From NCBI GenBank assembly GCA_934162665.1, contig CAKPJN010000004.1, positions 1,226 to 65,225 on the forward strand: a stretch of DNA of 64,000 nt. Reading direction: 5' to 3'. The DNA is from an uncultured Bacilli bacterium. GTDB lineage: Bacteria; Bacillota_I; Bacilli_A; RF39; UBA660. A program made the position numbers and the translations under genes. Under the pieces are notes generated by a model. It ran no database searches. It was not told the origin of the DNA and saw only the letters and a program-made list of their open reading frames with translations. Below are positions 48,135 to 58,248 of this stretch, piece by piece (position 1 is the first letter of the stretch; each line of letters starts with the position of its first letter).

Positions 48135-48173
48135 AAAAAAAAAGACAAATAGTGAAATATCTGCCTATTTGTC
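48135..48173 (-). terminator. intrinsic terminator after the KH-domain gene
   Basis: GACAAATAG / CTATTTGTC, a 9-bp stem, followed on the minus strand by TTTTTTTTT. Confidence 0.6.
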
Positions 48174-48199
48174 AACAGTCTAAAGCAACACTCTATTGC

Positions 48200-48448
48200 T
48201 TAAAATTTGTCAATGTCAATTTTTACATATTTGTTTTCTTTTAATGAACTACTAGCTTGAACTAAAGTTCTGATAGCATTGGCAGTTCTTCCTGATTTTC
48301 CGATTACTCGTCCTATATCATCTTCTTTAACAATTACTTGTATTAATATGACATTATCTTCTTCTGTTGGGAATTCTTTAACGCTTACTGCATCCTCATC
48401 TTCTACTAAAGATTTAACGATGGATTCGGTTAGTTTTACTAAATCCAT
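48200..48448 (-). CDS. KH-domain RNA-binding protein (YlqC-like)
   Basis: IGRVIGKSGRTANAIRTLV is a GxxG KH motif. ATG 48448 lies directly after the rpsP stop. Confidence 0.8.
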   Translation of the reverse strand: MDLVKLTESIVKSLVEDEDAVSVKEFPTEEDNVILIQVIVKEDDIGRVIGKSGRTANAIRTLVQASSSLKENKYVKIDIDKF

Positions 48449-48449
48449 A

Positions 48450-48725
48450 TTATTCACCCTTCTTTGCTTTTTTATCTGCAAACTTCTTCATGATACCAGC
48501 TTCGCTTAATAAATTTCTTACAGTATCAGTTGGAATTGCTCCATTATTTAACCATTTAAGAGCTTTTTCTTCATCAATTCTTACTTTCTTTTCTCCAACT
48601 GGTGCATATGTACCAACAAGTTCAAGATATTCTCCATCTCTTTTTCTTCTAGAATCAGTAGCAATGATTCTATAAGTTGGATGTTTTTTTGCTCCCATTC
48701 TTGTTAATCTTAATTTAACAGCCAT
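48450..48725 (-). CDS. rpsP: 30S ribosomal protein S16
   Basis: [31 protein letters not shown]. Confidence 0.95.
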   Translation of the reverse strand: MAVKLRLTRMGAKKHPTYRIIATDSRRKRDGEYLELVGTYAPVGEKKVRIDEEKALKWLNNGAIPTDTVRNLLSEAGIMKKFADKKAKKGE

Positions 48726-48804
48726 TTTTGTCCCTCCATTTCTTTAGTCATTGCTATTATTATAGTATATATGTGTATTTATGTCAACATTTTTTTGATA
48801 ACAG

Positions 48805-49344
48805 TTAGACAATATCTTGTTCTCTTATAAATTGTTCATCAACTTCATTTTCAATTTGTTCATCTAAATTACTTTCTTCTTCTACAATTTCATCCCATGG
48901 TTCTTCTTCTTCATTTGCTTCTATTTTTACTTTTATGTCACCAACTAATTCTATACCTAATTCTTTTTCAATAATATAATTAATTTTATTATCATCTATA
49001 TCTATTTTTGTACAACTAGGTTGTTTTAGGCTTCTTACTATTATTTGTTCATTATCTTCTTCTTCATCTCTTTTCTTTACATTTACTGTTTCTTGATATG
49101 TATTAGTTTCTTTAATTACTGCAGTTTTTGTATCATTATCATATGAGTACCAAATATTTACATCATAACTACCTGTTATTGTTATTTGATCGTTGTTTCT
49201 AACTCCATTAAAATTATGGTTAATTACCCAACATCCTAATATTGTTGATGGTTTATTTTCAACTGTAACACTATTAGTTGATGTAAATGTTTTCTTTCCT
49301 TTGCCTATTACAGCTTTTGTGACAATTTCTCGATAATTTGGCAT
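48805..49344 (-). CDS. cotE: outer spore coat morphogenetic protein CotE
   Basis: YREIVTKAVIGKGKK..PSTILGCWVINH..YDVNIWYSY.DTKT plus an acidic C-terminal tail. This parallels B. subtilis CotE as I recall it. Confidence 0.8.
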   Translation of the reverse strand: MPNYREIVTKAVIGKGKKTFTSTNSVTVENKPSTILGCWVINHNFNGVRNNDQITITGSYDVNIWYSYDNDTKTAVIKETNTYQETVNVKKRDEEEDNEQIIVRSLKQPSCTKIDIDDNKINYIIEKELGIELVGDIKVKIEANEEEEPWDEIVEEESNLDEQIENEVDEQFIREQDIV

Positions 49345-49496
49345 ACTACCCCTCCTCTAATCTAATTTATGCGATTGAATTTGAAACTATACAAATATTT
49401 TAAATAAAGTATTTCCTTTTGTACACTTTGATTTTACAATTAGTAATTTTCAAATTACAAAAATTATGTTATGTTATAAATGAGGAAGTGATTATT

Positions 49497-50084
49497 TTGA
49501 AGAACATTATTATTGCTGGTATTCCTAGAGCTGGAAAAACAACCTTAGCTAAGAGACTTTTTAAAAACCTTACTAATTACAATTTAATAGAAGAAGATAT
49601 TTTAAATTCTGCTTTAATGGATGTATATAAATATCATATCGCCAAACCCGATGAAAATGGTATTATGAACATTAATTTATGGGAAACAAACCAGTTATGT
49701 GATGCCTTATTAAAAAGATATGTTAGTTATTTAAATAATTGTGAAAAGGATATTGGTGTTATTTTAGATACATACTCATTAAAAATGGAGGAATTAAAAA
49801 AATTCTCTGACAAAGGGGATATTGTTGTTGTATTGGGTATTTCTTCAATTACTGCAGAAGAATTTTTTAAAAACATAAGAAAATATGATAATTGCGAAGA
49901 ACGTACATTTTATCAAAATGATTTTATGTTAATGAATGAAATAGAATGTTATATACAGGATAGCTGTAAGTACAAGAAGCAATGTGATGAACTTGGTTTA
50001 GTTTATATTGATACTTCTACTGAAAGAGATAAAAGACTTGATGAAGCTTATCAAATAATATTGAAAAAAATAAATAATGGATGA
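49497..50084 (+). CDS. P-loop NTPase/kinase-like protein
   Basis: IIIAGIPRAGKTTLAKRL is a Walker A motif. The start is probably TTG 49497, 7 nt after GAGGAAGTGA. Confidence 0.45.
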   Translation: MKNIIIAGIPRAGKTTLAKRLFKNLTNYNLIEEDILNSALMDVYKYHIAKPDENGIMNINLWETNQLCDALLKRYVSYLNNCEKDIGVILDTYSLKMEELKKFSDKGDIVVVLGISSITAEEFFKNIRKYDNCEERTFYQNDFMLMNEIECYIQDSCKYKKQCDELGLVYIDTSTERDKRLDEAYQIILKKINNG

Positions 50085-50111
50085 TTTTATCCATTATTTT
50101 ATTTAATGTGT

Positions 50112-51169
50112 CTATTCATTAGTTTGTATAATATAAGGGCTATCAATAGTTCCTGAACCAGATGCTAATATATCTTTATTCAAATAAATTATTGGTCGAA
50201 TTCCTAGTGTAGTTGCAACATTAGTCTTAGTTATTGTACCTGTAGCATTTACACGCCATACATAAGCTATAGAATTATAAAATTCTGATGGAGAAAGTGA
50301 CCAATAATGATTTCCATTATTTAAATAAAAGTTAGAAGCTGTATCGTATTTTCCACCTGCCATAACTAATTCATCATATGTAATTAATCCTACTTTTTCA
50401 TTTATTATGCCTTTTCCATTACCATCATTTGTACATAATAAACTAGGTGTATAATTTGTATATAATTCTGTTACTGCGCTACCAAATGTATATGAATTAG
50501 AATGGCTTGTTTTTGCTTGTTCACAATACTGACTTGTTACTACTTCATTTTCATAATTTGTTAAATTATTTACTGAGTACCAATCATTCAACTCTTTTTG
50601 AGCTGTACTATTGGTATAATACATATATGTATAAGAATTGCGGATTGTATTAAACGATATTAGCTTATTACTATTTATTCCATTTTGCATTATTAGTCTA
50701 ATTGTGCCATCACCATTAATTCTCATAATTCGCCATGTCTTACTTGCAAAAGTCACATAATTATCTTCTGTCGCATACATTCCTTCATTTGTAGTAGGAA
50801 CAGTATTAAAGTCAGGTGTACCTTTTTCTAATATGGCATCTTTTCCACCATTTTTCTCTAGTATCTTATCAGCTAATTTAAATGTTTCTGGAGTAGGTTC
50901 ATTTTCCATTTTCTGACTTGATTCTATCCTAAGATTTCCACGGAATGTTGTTCCCATAACTCCATTATCTGCATCTTGATTTATCCATAATCTTAATGTG
51001 TAAGTATGTGTAGTATCTACATCTATTGTTCCACTATTTTTAAGATGTTTGTTTTAGTTCCTTTTAAAGTTAATGCCCACCATGCATAAGTTATTCCAAT
51101 TGCTAGTATTAAAAGAAAAACAAAAAATACTATTAAATTATTAGTTATTAAATTTTTTAATTTTTTCAT
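50112..51169 (-). pseudogene. TasA-like/lectin-like surface protein paralog with an internal deletion and a frameshift
   Basis: The N-terminal piece MKKLKNLITNNLIVFFVFLLILAIGITYAWWALTLKGTKTNILK.. stops at 51023. The next frame gives SGTIDVDTTHTYTLRLWINQDADNGVMGTTFRGNLRIES, so only the last strands of the TasA-like domain remain (about 95 aa missing relative to 25229..26577). Confidence 0.65.
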
Positions 51170-51267
51170 TATATCAGTTCATTTATTCTATATAATATTA
51201 TTATAAATATAAATGAGTTTTTTTCAATAAGTAAAGAACTTGTTTTGGGCAATAGTTAATTTTTTAT

Positions 51268-51300
51268 ATAAAAAGATTAGAATATTTTCAATTCTAATCT
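51268..51300 (-). terminator. intrinsic terminator after spoVAE (hairpin usable both ways)
   Basis: AGATTAGAAT / ATTCTAATCT, a 10-bp stem with a 7-nt loop and T-runs on both sides. Confidence 0.55.
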
Positions 51301-51321
51301 CTTTTTATTAACTTATTGATA

Positions 51322-51672
51322 TTAATCCCTTGGTTTAAATATCAGAGTAAATATAAATGAAAATATAATTGCGGCAGTTATACCTGTTGCGGTTAAGTCA
51401 AACATTCCCATTAATATTCCTACGATTCCAAAACCATTTGCTTTGGCTAGAGCTCCATGAATTAGCGAATGTCCAAAACTAGTAATTGGAACTAATGCTC
51501 CTCCACCTACATATTTTATAATTTGATCATATAAACTAAATGAATCTAGAAAAGCACCTAATATAACTAACATACTTGTTATATGCCCTGGAGTTAGTTT
51601 AGTATTATCTAAAATAATCTGAGAAATCATGCAAATTATTCCACAGAATAAAAATGAATTTATAAGTAACAT
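51322..51672 (-). CDS. spoVAE: stage V sporulation protein AE (SpoVAEB-type)
   Basis: 116-aa membrane protein at the last position of a spoVAC-AD-AE cluster. Confidence 0.75.
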   Translation of the reverse strand: MLLINSFLFCGIICMISQIILDNTKLTPGHITSMLVILGAFLDSFSLYDQIIKYVGGGALVPITSFGHSLIHGALAKANGFGIVGILMGMFDLTATGITAAIIFSFIFTLIFKPRD

Positions 51673-52667
51673 TATACTACCTCCAAACTAATTGCATTAG
51701 CAATTGATAATATGTTTTCTTTCTGAAAAATCATTGTTGGTGAAAATAATGCTCCGGTTGCGACTAGTAGTACTCTTTTTAAATTTTTCTTCTTTAATTC
51801 ATCATAAATATAAGAATAATTTACTAAAGCACTACATACAGGTCCACTTCCTCCTGCTTTTGCTTCTTCTTGTGTATTTAAATTATAAAGCATAACTCCG
51901 CAGTCATTATAATTTTTTGATAAGTCTAATTTATATTCTTTCATCATGTAGTCTTTTAATATTTCTTTACCATATACTCCTAAATCTCCTGTTAAAATTA
52001 GATCGTAATAGTCAGGTTTTCTTTTTAAATCATCTAAATGTTTCTTGATAGTATAAATAGCGGCTGGAGCCATTACCTTTCCCATATCATTAGGATCGTT
52101 TTGTTCATAATCTATTATTTTACCTATAGTCGATGATTCTACTTTTATATTTGTTTTTTCTTTTGTTAAAAGAATAGACGCTCCTCCTGTTGCGGTGAAA
52201 GTTGCGCTGTCTGGTTTTGGTGCACCATATTCTGTTGGATTTCTAAATTGTTTTTCACTACTCATGTTATGTGAAGATACTGTAACTATAGCGTTATTTA
52301 CCTTTTTGCTATCAATTAGACTACTTGCGATAATCATTCCTTCTACACTGGTACTACAAGCACCGTAAATACCTAAAAAACTATTTCCATATCCGTATGT
52401 TCCATAAGTGGTTGCGGTAATTTGATTTAGTAGGTCTCCGCCTACAACTAAATCAATGTTATTTTTTTTCATACCTGATTTTTTTAATACCAAATCTAAA
52501 CTATCTTTTACTAATTTAATTTCTGCTTTTTCAAATGATTTTTCACCAAAATACAAATCATCTTGATAACTTTTATCAAAATATTTTTTTAATGGTCCAT
52601 TTTTTTCATATGGTCCTACAACTGTTGAAGTTTCTTTTACATATACATTGTTATATTTAAATGTCAT
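51672..52667 (-). CDS. spoVAD: stage V sporulation protein AD
   Basis: 331 aa, thiolase-like (GIYGACSTSVEG), located between spoVAC and spoVAE. Confidence 0.8.
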   Translation of the reverse strand: MTFKYNNVYVKETSTVVGPYEKNGPLKKYFDKSYQDDLYFGEKSFEKAEIKLVKDSLDLVLKKSGMKKNNIDLVVGGDLLNQITATTYGTYGYGNSFLGIYGACSTSVEGMIIASSLIDSKKVNNAIVTVSSHNMSSEKQFRNPTEYGAPKPDSATFTATGGASILLTKEKTNIKVESSTIGKIIDYEQNDPNDMGKVMAPAAIYTIKKHLDDLKRKPDYYDLILTGDLGVYGKEILKDYMMKEYKLDLSKNYNDCGVMLYNLNTQEEAKAGGSGPVCSALVNYSYIYDELKKKNLKRVLLVATGALFSPTMIFQKENILSIANAISLEVV

Positions 52668-52672
52668 AATTA

Positions 52673-53110
52673 TTATCCTCCTATAAAATACCTAATCATT
52701 CCGAAACACCAAGCTGATACAACACCATATAAGATTACAGAGCCTGCAAGTTTAAAAATGTTTGAACCTACACCATATATTGGTCCTTCATTTTTATAAT
52801 CTAGTGCTGCACTTGTCATAGAATGTGCAAAACCTGTAATTGGAATTAATAGTCCACATTTAAACTTGTTTACTAATTTATCAAAGAATCCTAATGCAGT
52901 TGATAGTGACGCAATAAAGATTAGTATTACTATCATAATAGTTCCTGCACTTGATCTTGATATTAAAAAGAAATGACATAATAGTTCTATTATTCCTTCT
53001 CCTATTAGTCCAACTATTCCTCCTGAAATAAAAGCAGTAATGGCATTTTTTACTCGATGTTCTTCCGCTTTATGCAATGATGCAATTTTTTCATATTTTT
53101 CATTTTTCAT
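52673..53110 (-). CDS. spoVAC: stage V sporulation protein AC
   Basis: About 145-aa 4-TM protein paralogous to SpoVAE (PITGFAHS vs PITSFGHS). ATG 53110 lies 5 nt after GGTGA. Confidence 0.75.
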   Translation of the reverse strand: MKNEKYEKIASLHKAEEHRVKNAITAFISGGIVGLIGEGIIELLCHFFLISRSSAGTIMIVILIFIASLSTALGFFDKLVNKFKCGLLIPITGFAHSMTSAALDYKNEGPIYGVGSNIFKLAGSVILYGVVSAWCFGMIRYFIGG

Positions 53111-53169
53111 ATTTATCACCATTACTATTATTTACCAGAAAATTTTTTTCATACAAAAAAGCCTATTTT

Positions 53170-53860
53170 TTAGGCTTCTAAACGTGTTTTTAATTTTTTT
53201 AATATTTTAGCTTCTTGACGTGATACCTGAGCTTGACTTAATCCATGTTTTTTACTAGCCTCTAGTTGTGTCATTTCTTCAAAGTATCTATCAATAATAA
53301 GTCCTCGTTCTTCACTTGATAATTTAAGTAATTCATTTTTTAAATCTAGGATACTTTCTTTGGTACTATTATCCTCTATTTTTATAGAATTATATAAGTC
53401 ATTACCATCTTCTTCATAACAGTAATCCAAGCTTTTAGTTTCAACATTAACTAATAAAGCTTGCTCTATCTTTTCTTCATCTATTTCTAAAAATAGCGAT
53501 AATTCCATATTGGTGGGAGTTCTTCCTAATTTTTGACTCATTATTTCTCTTGTTTCTTCTATCTTTCTTTTTAACTTAATTAAATCTTTGCTTACCTTTA
53601 TTGGTTTATTTTCTCTTATGTATTTAGTGACTTCCCCTAAGACATAATAATAGGCATAAGTTGAAAATTTTGCTATTTTTGGTTTATCTTCTAATTCAAT
53701 CATCTATCTTAGCATCTCCTTCTTTTCTATAATTATGATAAGCTTTAGTGAGTGCCATCATTCCAACTTGATATAAATCCTCATAGTCATTATGACTATT
53801 AAATTTATTAATAACAGAATGAACAACCCATTCATAATCTAATATAGATTCTATATTCAT
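53170..53860 (-). pseudogene. sigF: sporulation-type sigma-70 family factor (SigF/SigG-like) with a broken reading frame
   Basis: The 54-aa N-terminal ORF (53696..53860, own translation) gives ..DLYQVGMMALTKAYHNYRKEGDAKIDD*, which is region 2.1-2.2. The track ORF continues with KFSTYAYYYVLGEV.. (2.3) through GLSQAQVSRQEAKILKKLK (4.2). The frames overlap by 8 nt, and removing one T at 53696..53703 fuses them. Confidence 0.65.
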
Positions 53861-53896
53861 TTTCTTATTCCTTTCTATATTAATTGCTACATATTT

Positions 53897-54235
53897 TTAT
53901 AAATTTATATATTTAAATGCTTCTTGTTCTTTATTTACGTAAAACAAATTATCTTTAGTGCTACCTATTTGTTTTTTAAATATATCACTCAGTCCACACA
54001 TGACTACTTTTCCACAACTTAAAAATATTTCTATTAGCTTATTTTGAAGTTTTAGGAAAATATTTTTATCTACTTTACTAACATCCTCAAAGTTTAGTAC
54101 ATAATAATGAATGCCTTGATTATATAATAGATAATTTATCTCCTTTGATAATGTATTAAATGTTTTACTATTCAAGTCTCCTTCTAAGCGTATAAACATG
54201 ATTCCTTTATTTACTTGTGTTTCTAACTGCAACAA
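53897..54235 (-). CDS. spoIIAA: STAS-domain anti-anti-sigma factor (SpoIIAA-like) lacking the phosphorylatable serine
   Basis: IMFIRLEGDLNSKTFNTL..YYVLNFEDVSKVDKNIFLKL aligns with B. subtilis SpoIIAA ..VLNLEDLSFMDSSGLGVI. The DSSG segment is replaced by DKNI. Confidence 0.6.
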   Translation of the reverse strand: MLQLETQVNKGIMFIRLEGDLNSKTFNTLSKEINYLLYNQGIHYYVLNFEDVSKVDKNIFLKLQNKLIEIFLSCGKVVMCGLSDIFKKQIGSTKDNLFYVNKEQEAFKYINL

Positions 54236-54390
54236 CTTGTATCACCTCTCTACTAAAATATAGAACTTTTTCTTTTAATTTTATACCTTTTCGACAAAAC
54301 CTTACATTTTATTTAATCGACATTAATCGACAAAAAAAGTGATTTAATATCACTTTTATTTTAATTATTATAAATTTTAATATAAATTCC

Positions 54391-55314
54391 TTACTTTTCT
54401 TTAAATAATTTATTTATACTTTCTTTTGGCATTAGCATTTTTGTATTTCTTTCTATTTTAAAAGTAAATTTATTTTTTGAATTTTTATATTCTTCTCCAT
54501 CAATACACCATGATGTTTTAGGCTGATTTAAAAATTCAATTTCTAGATTATTAGTTTGATAATAAGTAATACCTGGAATATCTTTTACATCTTTATTATT
54601 TATTAAGAAAAACATTTTAAGCATATCCTTTTTCGTTTTTAAGTTAGCAAAAGCCACTTCAAACATTTTGTCATCTAATTTAATATCATAATAAATGTCA
54701 TTAATTCCCGCTACTCTTGATGAGTTTGTTATGAAAAAGAAAGAGTATTCACCAGTATATTCTTTATTGTCTATCTTATATTTTACTTTGTATCTATTAA
54801 TTTTATTTCTTAATTGTTTTAATCCATATAATATATAGGCAACTTTTCCATATTTTTTCTTTAGATCTCTAGGAGTATTATATGCCATATCTATATAGTC
54901 TCCTAAACAAGCTACGTAAACAAATGGAGTTTCATTTATATAGCAAACGTCAATTGTTTTTTTTACGCCTTGAAGCAATACTTCTAGATTTTTTTGATAA
55001 TTTTTTGTAAGACCATACATATTACCAACGTCATTAGTAGTTCCCATAGGGAGATTTGCGAGTGTTAGTTTATGTGTTCTTTCTACATTTCCAGTTACTA
55101 CCTCGTTTAATGTCCCATCTCCACCAGCACTTATTACTAAATCAATATCATCTTCTAGTGATTTTACTATTTCAGTAGCATCTTTTTTTGCTTTTGTATA
55201 TTTAATCTCTGCTTCATAGCCATATTTACGTAATATATCGTAAAGCTCATTTCTATTTTCTTTATTTTTTAATTTTCCGCTTTCTGGGTTCATAATAATT
55301 ACACATTTTTTCAT
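54391..55314 (-). CDS. dagK: diacylglycerol/lipid kinase (DagK/YegS family)
   Basis: CVIIMNPESGK and VISAGGDGTLNEVV. Confidence 0.8.
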   Translation of the reverse strand: MKKCVIIMNPESGKLKNKENRNELYDILRKYGYEAEIKYTKAKKDATEIVKSLEDDIDLVISAGGDGTLNEVVTGNVERTHKLTLANLPMGTTNDVGNMYGLTKNYQKNLEVLLQGVKKTIDVCYINETPFVYVACLGDYIDMAYNTPRDLKKKYGKVAYILYGLKQLRNKINRYKVKYKIDNKEYTGEYSFFFITNSSRVAGINDIYYDIKLDDKMFEVAFANLKTKKDMLKMFFLINNKDVKDIPGITYYQTNNLEIEFLNQPKTSWCIDGEEYKNSKNKFTFKIERNTKMLMPKESINKLFKEK

Positions 55315-55480
55315 GCAATCACCTCAACATAGTTATTATAACATGCATTTTTATAGTTAGCTAGATATATATTATAATCTTCTATATCTTATATTTTTAT
55401 ACTTCTAAATGAAAATACCAGATAAATATGTATTATTTACCTAGTATTTAATTTAAATATTTTGATTATTATATGTCCTT

Positions 55481-56110
55481 TTAACTTAATTCTACTAAGG
55501 ATAATTTATTTCCTTCATGAACAAATATAAGTGTTGCCTTTGTTTGATAATCACTATATTCATCACTTGTATAAGACCACTTTACTTCTACTTGATAAGC
55601 ATCATCATCAGTTTTATCTTCATATTCGTAAGATATTTTTTCAACTTTATCAACAGTTATTTTAGATACTGTTGGTAATTTTTGATTTCTTTGTTTATAG
55701 ATATTATTTTCAACATATTTATAATATGTCGACTCTGCATTTGTTAAAAAATTGGTTTGAAATGACTGATAAACAAATTCAACTCCACCTACATCTGTTT
55801 TTGCACATTTATCATTTAAAGTATAAAAATCATATATAAACATTTTAGAGATTTGTTTAACATATTCTTCTTCATTAACTTCATCTTTTTCTAAGATTTC
55901 TTTTAGCTTTTTAAACATATCTTTATATTTTTTACTTTTACTAGCTTTTAAATTATAACCATACTTTTCTATGGTATTTACAATTTTTACTTCTTTTGTA
56001 GTTTTATCATTGCTATTAATAAGTTTTTGTACTCCAAATATAATAATACATAAAGCCACTAATATTAATACAACTAATATATTTCTTTTTACTTTTTTCT
56101 TTAGTTTCAT
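55481..56110 (-). CDS. membrane-anchored hypothetical protein (209 aa)
   Basis: N-terminal TM helix; no motif recognised. Confidence 0.4.
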   Translation of the reverse strand: MKLKKKVKRNILVVLILVALCIIIFGVQKLINSNDKTTKEVKIVNTIEKYGYNLKASKSKKYKDMFKKLKEILEKDEVNEEEYVKQISKMFIYDFYTLNDKCAKTDVGGVEFVYQSFQTNFLTNAESTYYKYVENNIYKQRNQKLPTVSKITVDKVEKISYEYEDKTDDDAYQVEVKWSYTSDEYSDYQTKATLIFVHEGNKLSLVELS

Positions 56111-56131
56111 ACTTCATCCTTTCTTAAATAG

Positions 56132-58174
56132 TTAAGATTCAGTTTCTTTTAATAAATCAAATACAATGATATTATTTGAAACATTAAGTAATTTTTCTGC
56201 ATATTCACTATTTTTAGAAATTTCATCTTCACTGATTGGGTCTCCTGTTAATGATAAATATTCCCCTTTTTGACTATTATAATACATTTTATTAGTTACC
56301 CAATTACCATTTGGAAAAACGACTATATTATTTTCTTTTATATTAAAAATATCATTTCCTAATGCATATTTATTATAAAAACCAAACATATTTCCTAAAG
56401 TTGGCATTACATCATACATTCCCATTACATTTTTAATTTCTATATTTAATTTTGTATTTTTCATATCTTTTGTCCAAATTATGAATGGTACTTTTCTACC
56501 TAATTCATATTGATAAGAATCATACTCCTTATAATTAGGGTCTTTATCATCTAATAATGAATCAGTTGTCTTATCATAATTGTATAATCTGTTATATTCA
56601 GATTTTGGTAGTCTAGCATCATGATCTCCATATATGACAAGTACTGTATTATCTAAAAGTCCTTTAGTATCTAATTCTTCAATAAATTCTCCTAATGCAC
56701 TATCTGCATAATGAACTGATTTAAAATAATTTCCTAATTTTGTTCCTTCCATATAAGGATGAATAACTTCTTCTACTGTTCCATCTTCTTTTGTAATGTT
56801 TTCTTTAATATTGACTTCAAATTCTCCATACTTATCAGTTTCAGAGAATGGTGTATGATTTGTTAACATTATAAGTAGTCCATACCAATTATTATGTCTA
56901 TTAGCTATTTGTTCTATTTTAGTTGTTGACTGACTAAAGAATTCTTTATCGCTTATACCAAGTCCTATTGTATTTTCAGTTGTTACTTTGTAATCTTTTT
57001 TACTGTAAAATCTTTCATATCCTAAATTTTGATGCATTGTACGTCTATTCCAAAAGTCGGCAGTATTTCCATGCATGCTGAATGTATAATAGCCTTTTTC
57101 CTTCATTAATTGTGGAATAGATATATATTTTCTATCAAAGTATGATACAAAAGCTGTTCCGCTTTGAGTTGGCATTAGAGATGTTGTAAAAGTTAATTCT
57201 GAATCACTACTTGTACCAACACTTACTTGTGAATAGAAGTTTGAAAAGAACATTCCTTCACTACTTAGTTTATTTAATGTTGGGGTTACTTCTTGATCAT
57301 TAAATTTTAAATTTATAACATTTGCCTGCATACTTTCTGCATGAATTACAATTACATTTTTTCCTTCAAATATATTTGTATATTCGTTTGTTTTCATTCC
57401 TTCTTTATCTTTATAATATTCTTTAAAACTTTTGTTAGCTTTATCATAACCAAACATAGAATTTATTTTTGGCTGAAGTGAAGTTATTACATCATTAAGT
57501 TGATACACATATATACCGAATCTCATAACTATGTATTCACGATTCCATTGTTTAGCAAATCTAGTAATGTCTAGTGAAGTTAAAGTAATTATAAAAACAA
57601 ATGTAAATATCGCTCCACCAATTAAAGTTCTAATTGTTTTTCTTTTTCTTTCTGTTTTTAATTCAACTTTTTTATAATAGCCTTTTTTCTTTAACTTTAT
57701 ATGTACTACAATAAACGTTATAAAAGGAATTAAATATAGTAAATCTTTTAATTGAATAACATTTTCTACAACTGCATCACCTACATCCCCAAGGTATTGA
57801 GTAAGTGATAACATTGATAGTGACGCAAATGATGTATAGAAAGTGTAATAAACTGAGTTAATCATGCATATTGCGGTATATAACACTTCTAAGGCTAAAA
57901 AATATTTAAATCTATTTCTAGGCTTAAATAAATAACCGAATGCTCCACTAAGAGTCAAAATGGCAATATCAGCTATAATTGGTTTTATTGATAGGTAATT
58001 TTCTAATGTATGCATAGTAAAAAAACGAATCATTGTAGAGTTTATTAAACAAGTGATTAAAAATGTTACAAATAGGATATTATTTTGGATATATAATTTT
58101 ATTAAATGTTCTTCTTTTACCCTTTTTAGGAATTTAAATAATTGTTCTTTTGTATTTTTTAATTTCTTTTTCAT
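56132..58174 (-). CDS. ltaS: LTA synthase family protein (5 TM + extracellular sulfatase-like domain)
   Basis: 680 aa with N-terminal multi-TM and a sulfatase-fold C-domain (VIVIHAESMQ, GTSSDSE, VIYGDHD). Confidence 0.75.
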   Translation of the reverse strand: MKKKLKNTKEQLFKFLKRVKEEHLIKLYIQNNILFVTFLITCLINSTMIRFFTMHTLENYLSIKPIIADIAILTLSGAFGYLFKPRNRFKYFLALEVLYTAICMINSVYYTFYTSFASLSMLSLTQYLGDVGDAVVENVIQLKDLLYLIPFITFIVVHIKLKKKGYYKKVELKTERKRKTIRTLIGGAIFTFVFIITLTSLDITRFAKQWNREYIVMRFGIYVYQLNDVITSLQPKINSMFGYDKANKSFKEYYKDKEGMKTNEYTNIFEGKNVIVIHAESMQANVINLKFNDQEVTPTLNKLSSEGMFFSNFYSQVSVGTSSDSELTFTTSLMPTQSGTAFVSYFDRKYISIPQLMKEKGYYTFSMHGNTADFWNRRTMHQNLGYERFYSKKDYKVTTENTIGLGISDKEFFSQSTTKIEQIANRHNNWYGLLIMLTNHTPFSETDKYGEFEVNIKENITKEDGTVEEVIHPYMEGTKLGNYFKSVHYADSALGEFIEELDTKGLLDNTVLVIYGDHDARLPKSEYNRLYNYDKTTDSLLDDKDPNYKEYDSYQYELGRKVPFIIWTKDMKNTKLNIEIKNVMGMYDVMPTLGNMFGFYNKYALGNDIFNIKENNIVVFPNGNWVTNKMYYNSQKGEYLSLTGDPISEDEISKNSEYAEKLLNVSNNIIVFDLLKETES

Positions 58175-58248
58175 TTGTATACCTCGCTTATCGTATTATA
58201 ACATTATTATACTTTTTTTTCAATTACTTGAAATTTTTTAATGTAAGA

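Noticed and set aside
53696-53860. The split sigma gene could be a genuine two-subunit sigma factor (as with SigO-RsoA).
   Set aside because: The break falls inside region 2, between 2.2 and 2.3, not between domains. The two frames are joined by removing a single T. A frameshift is more parsimonious.
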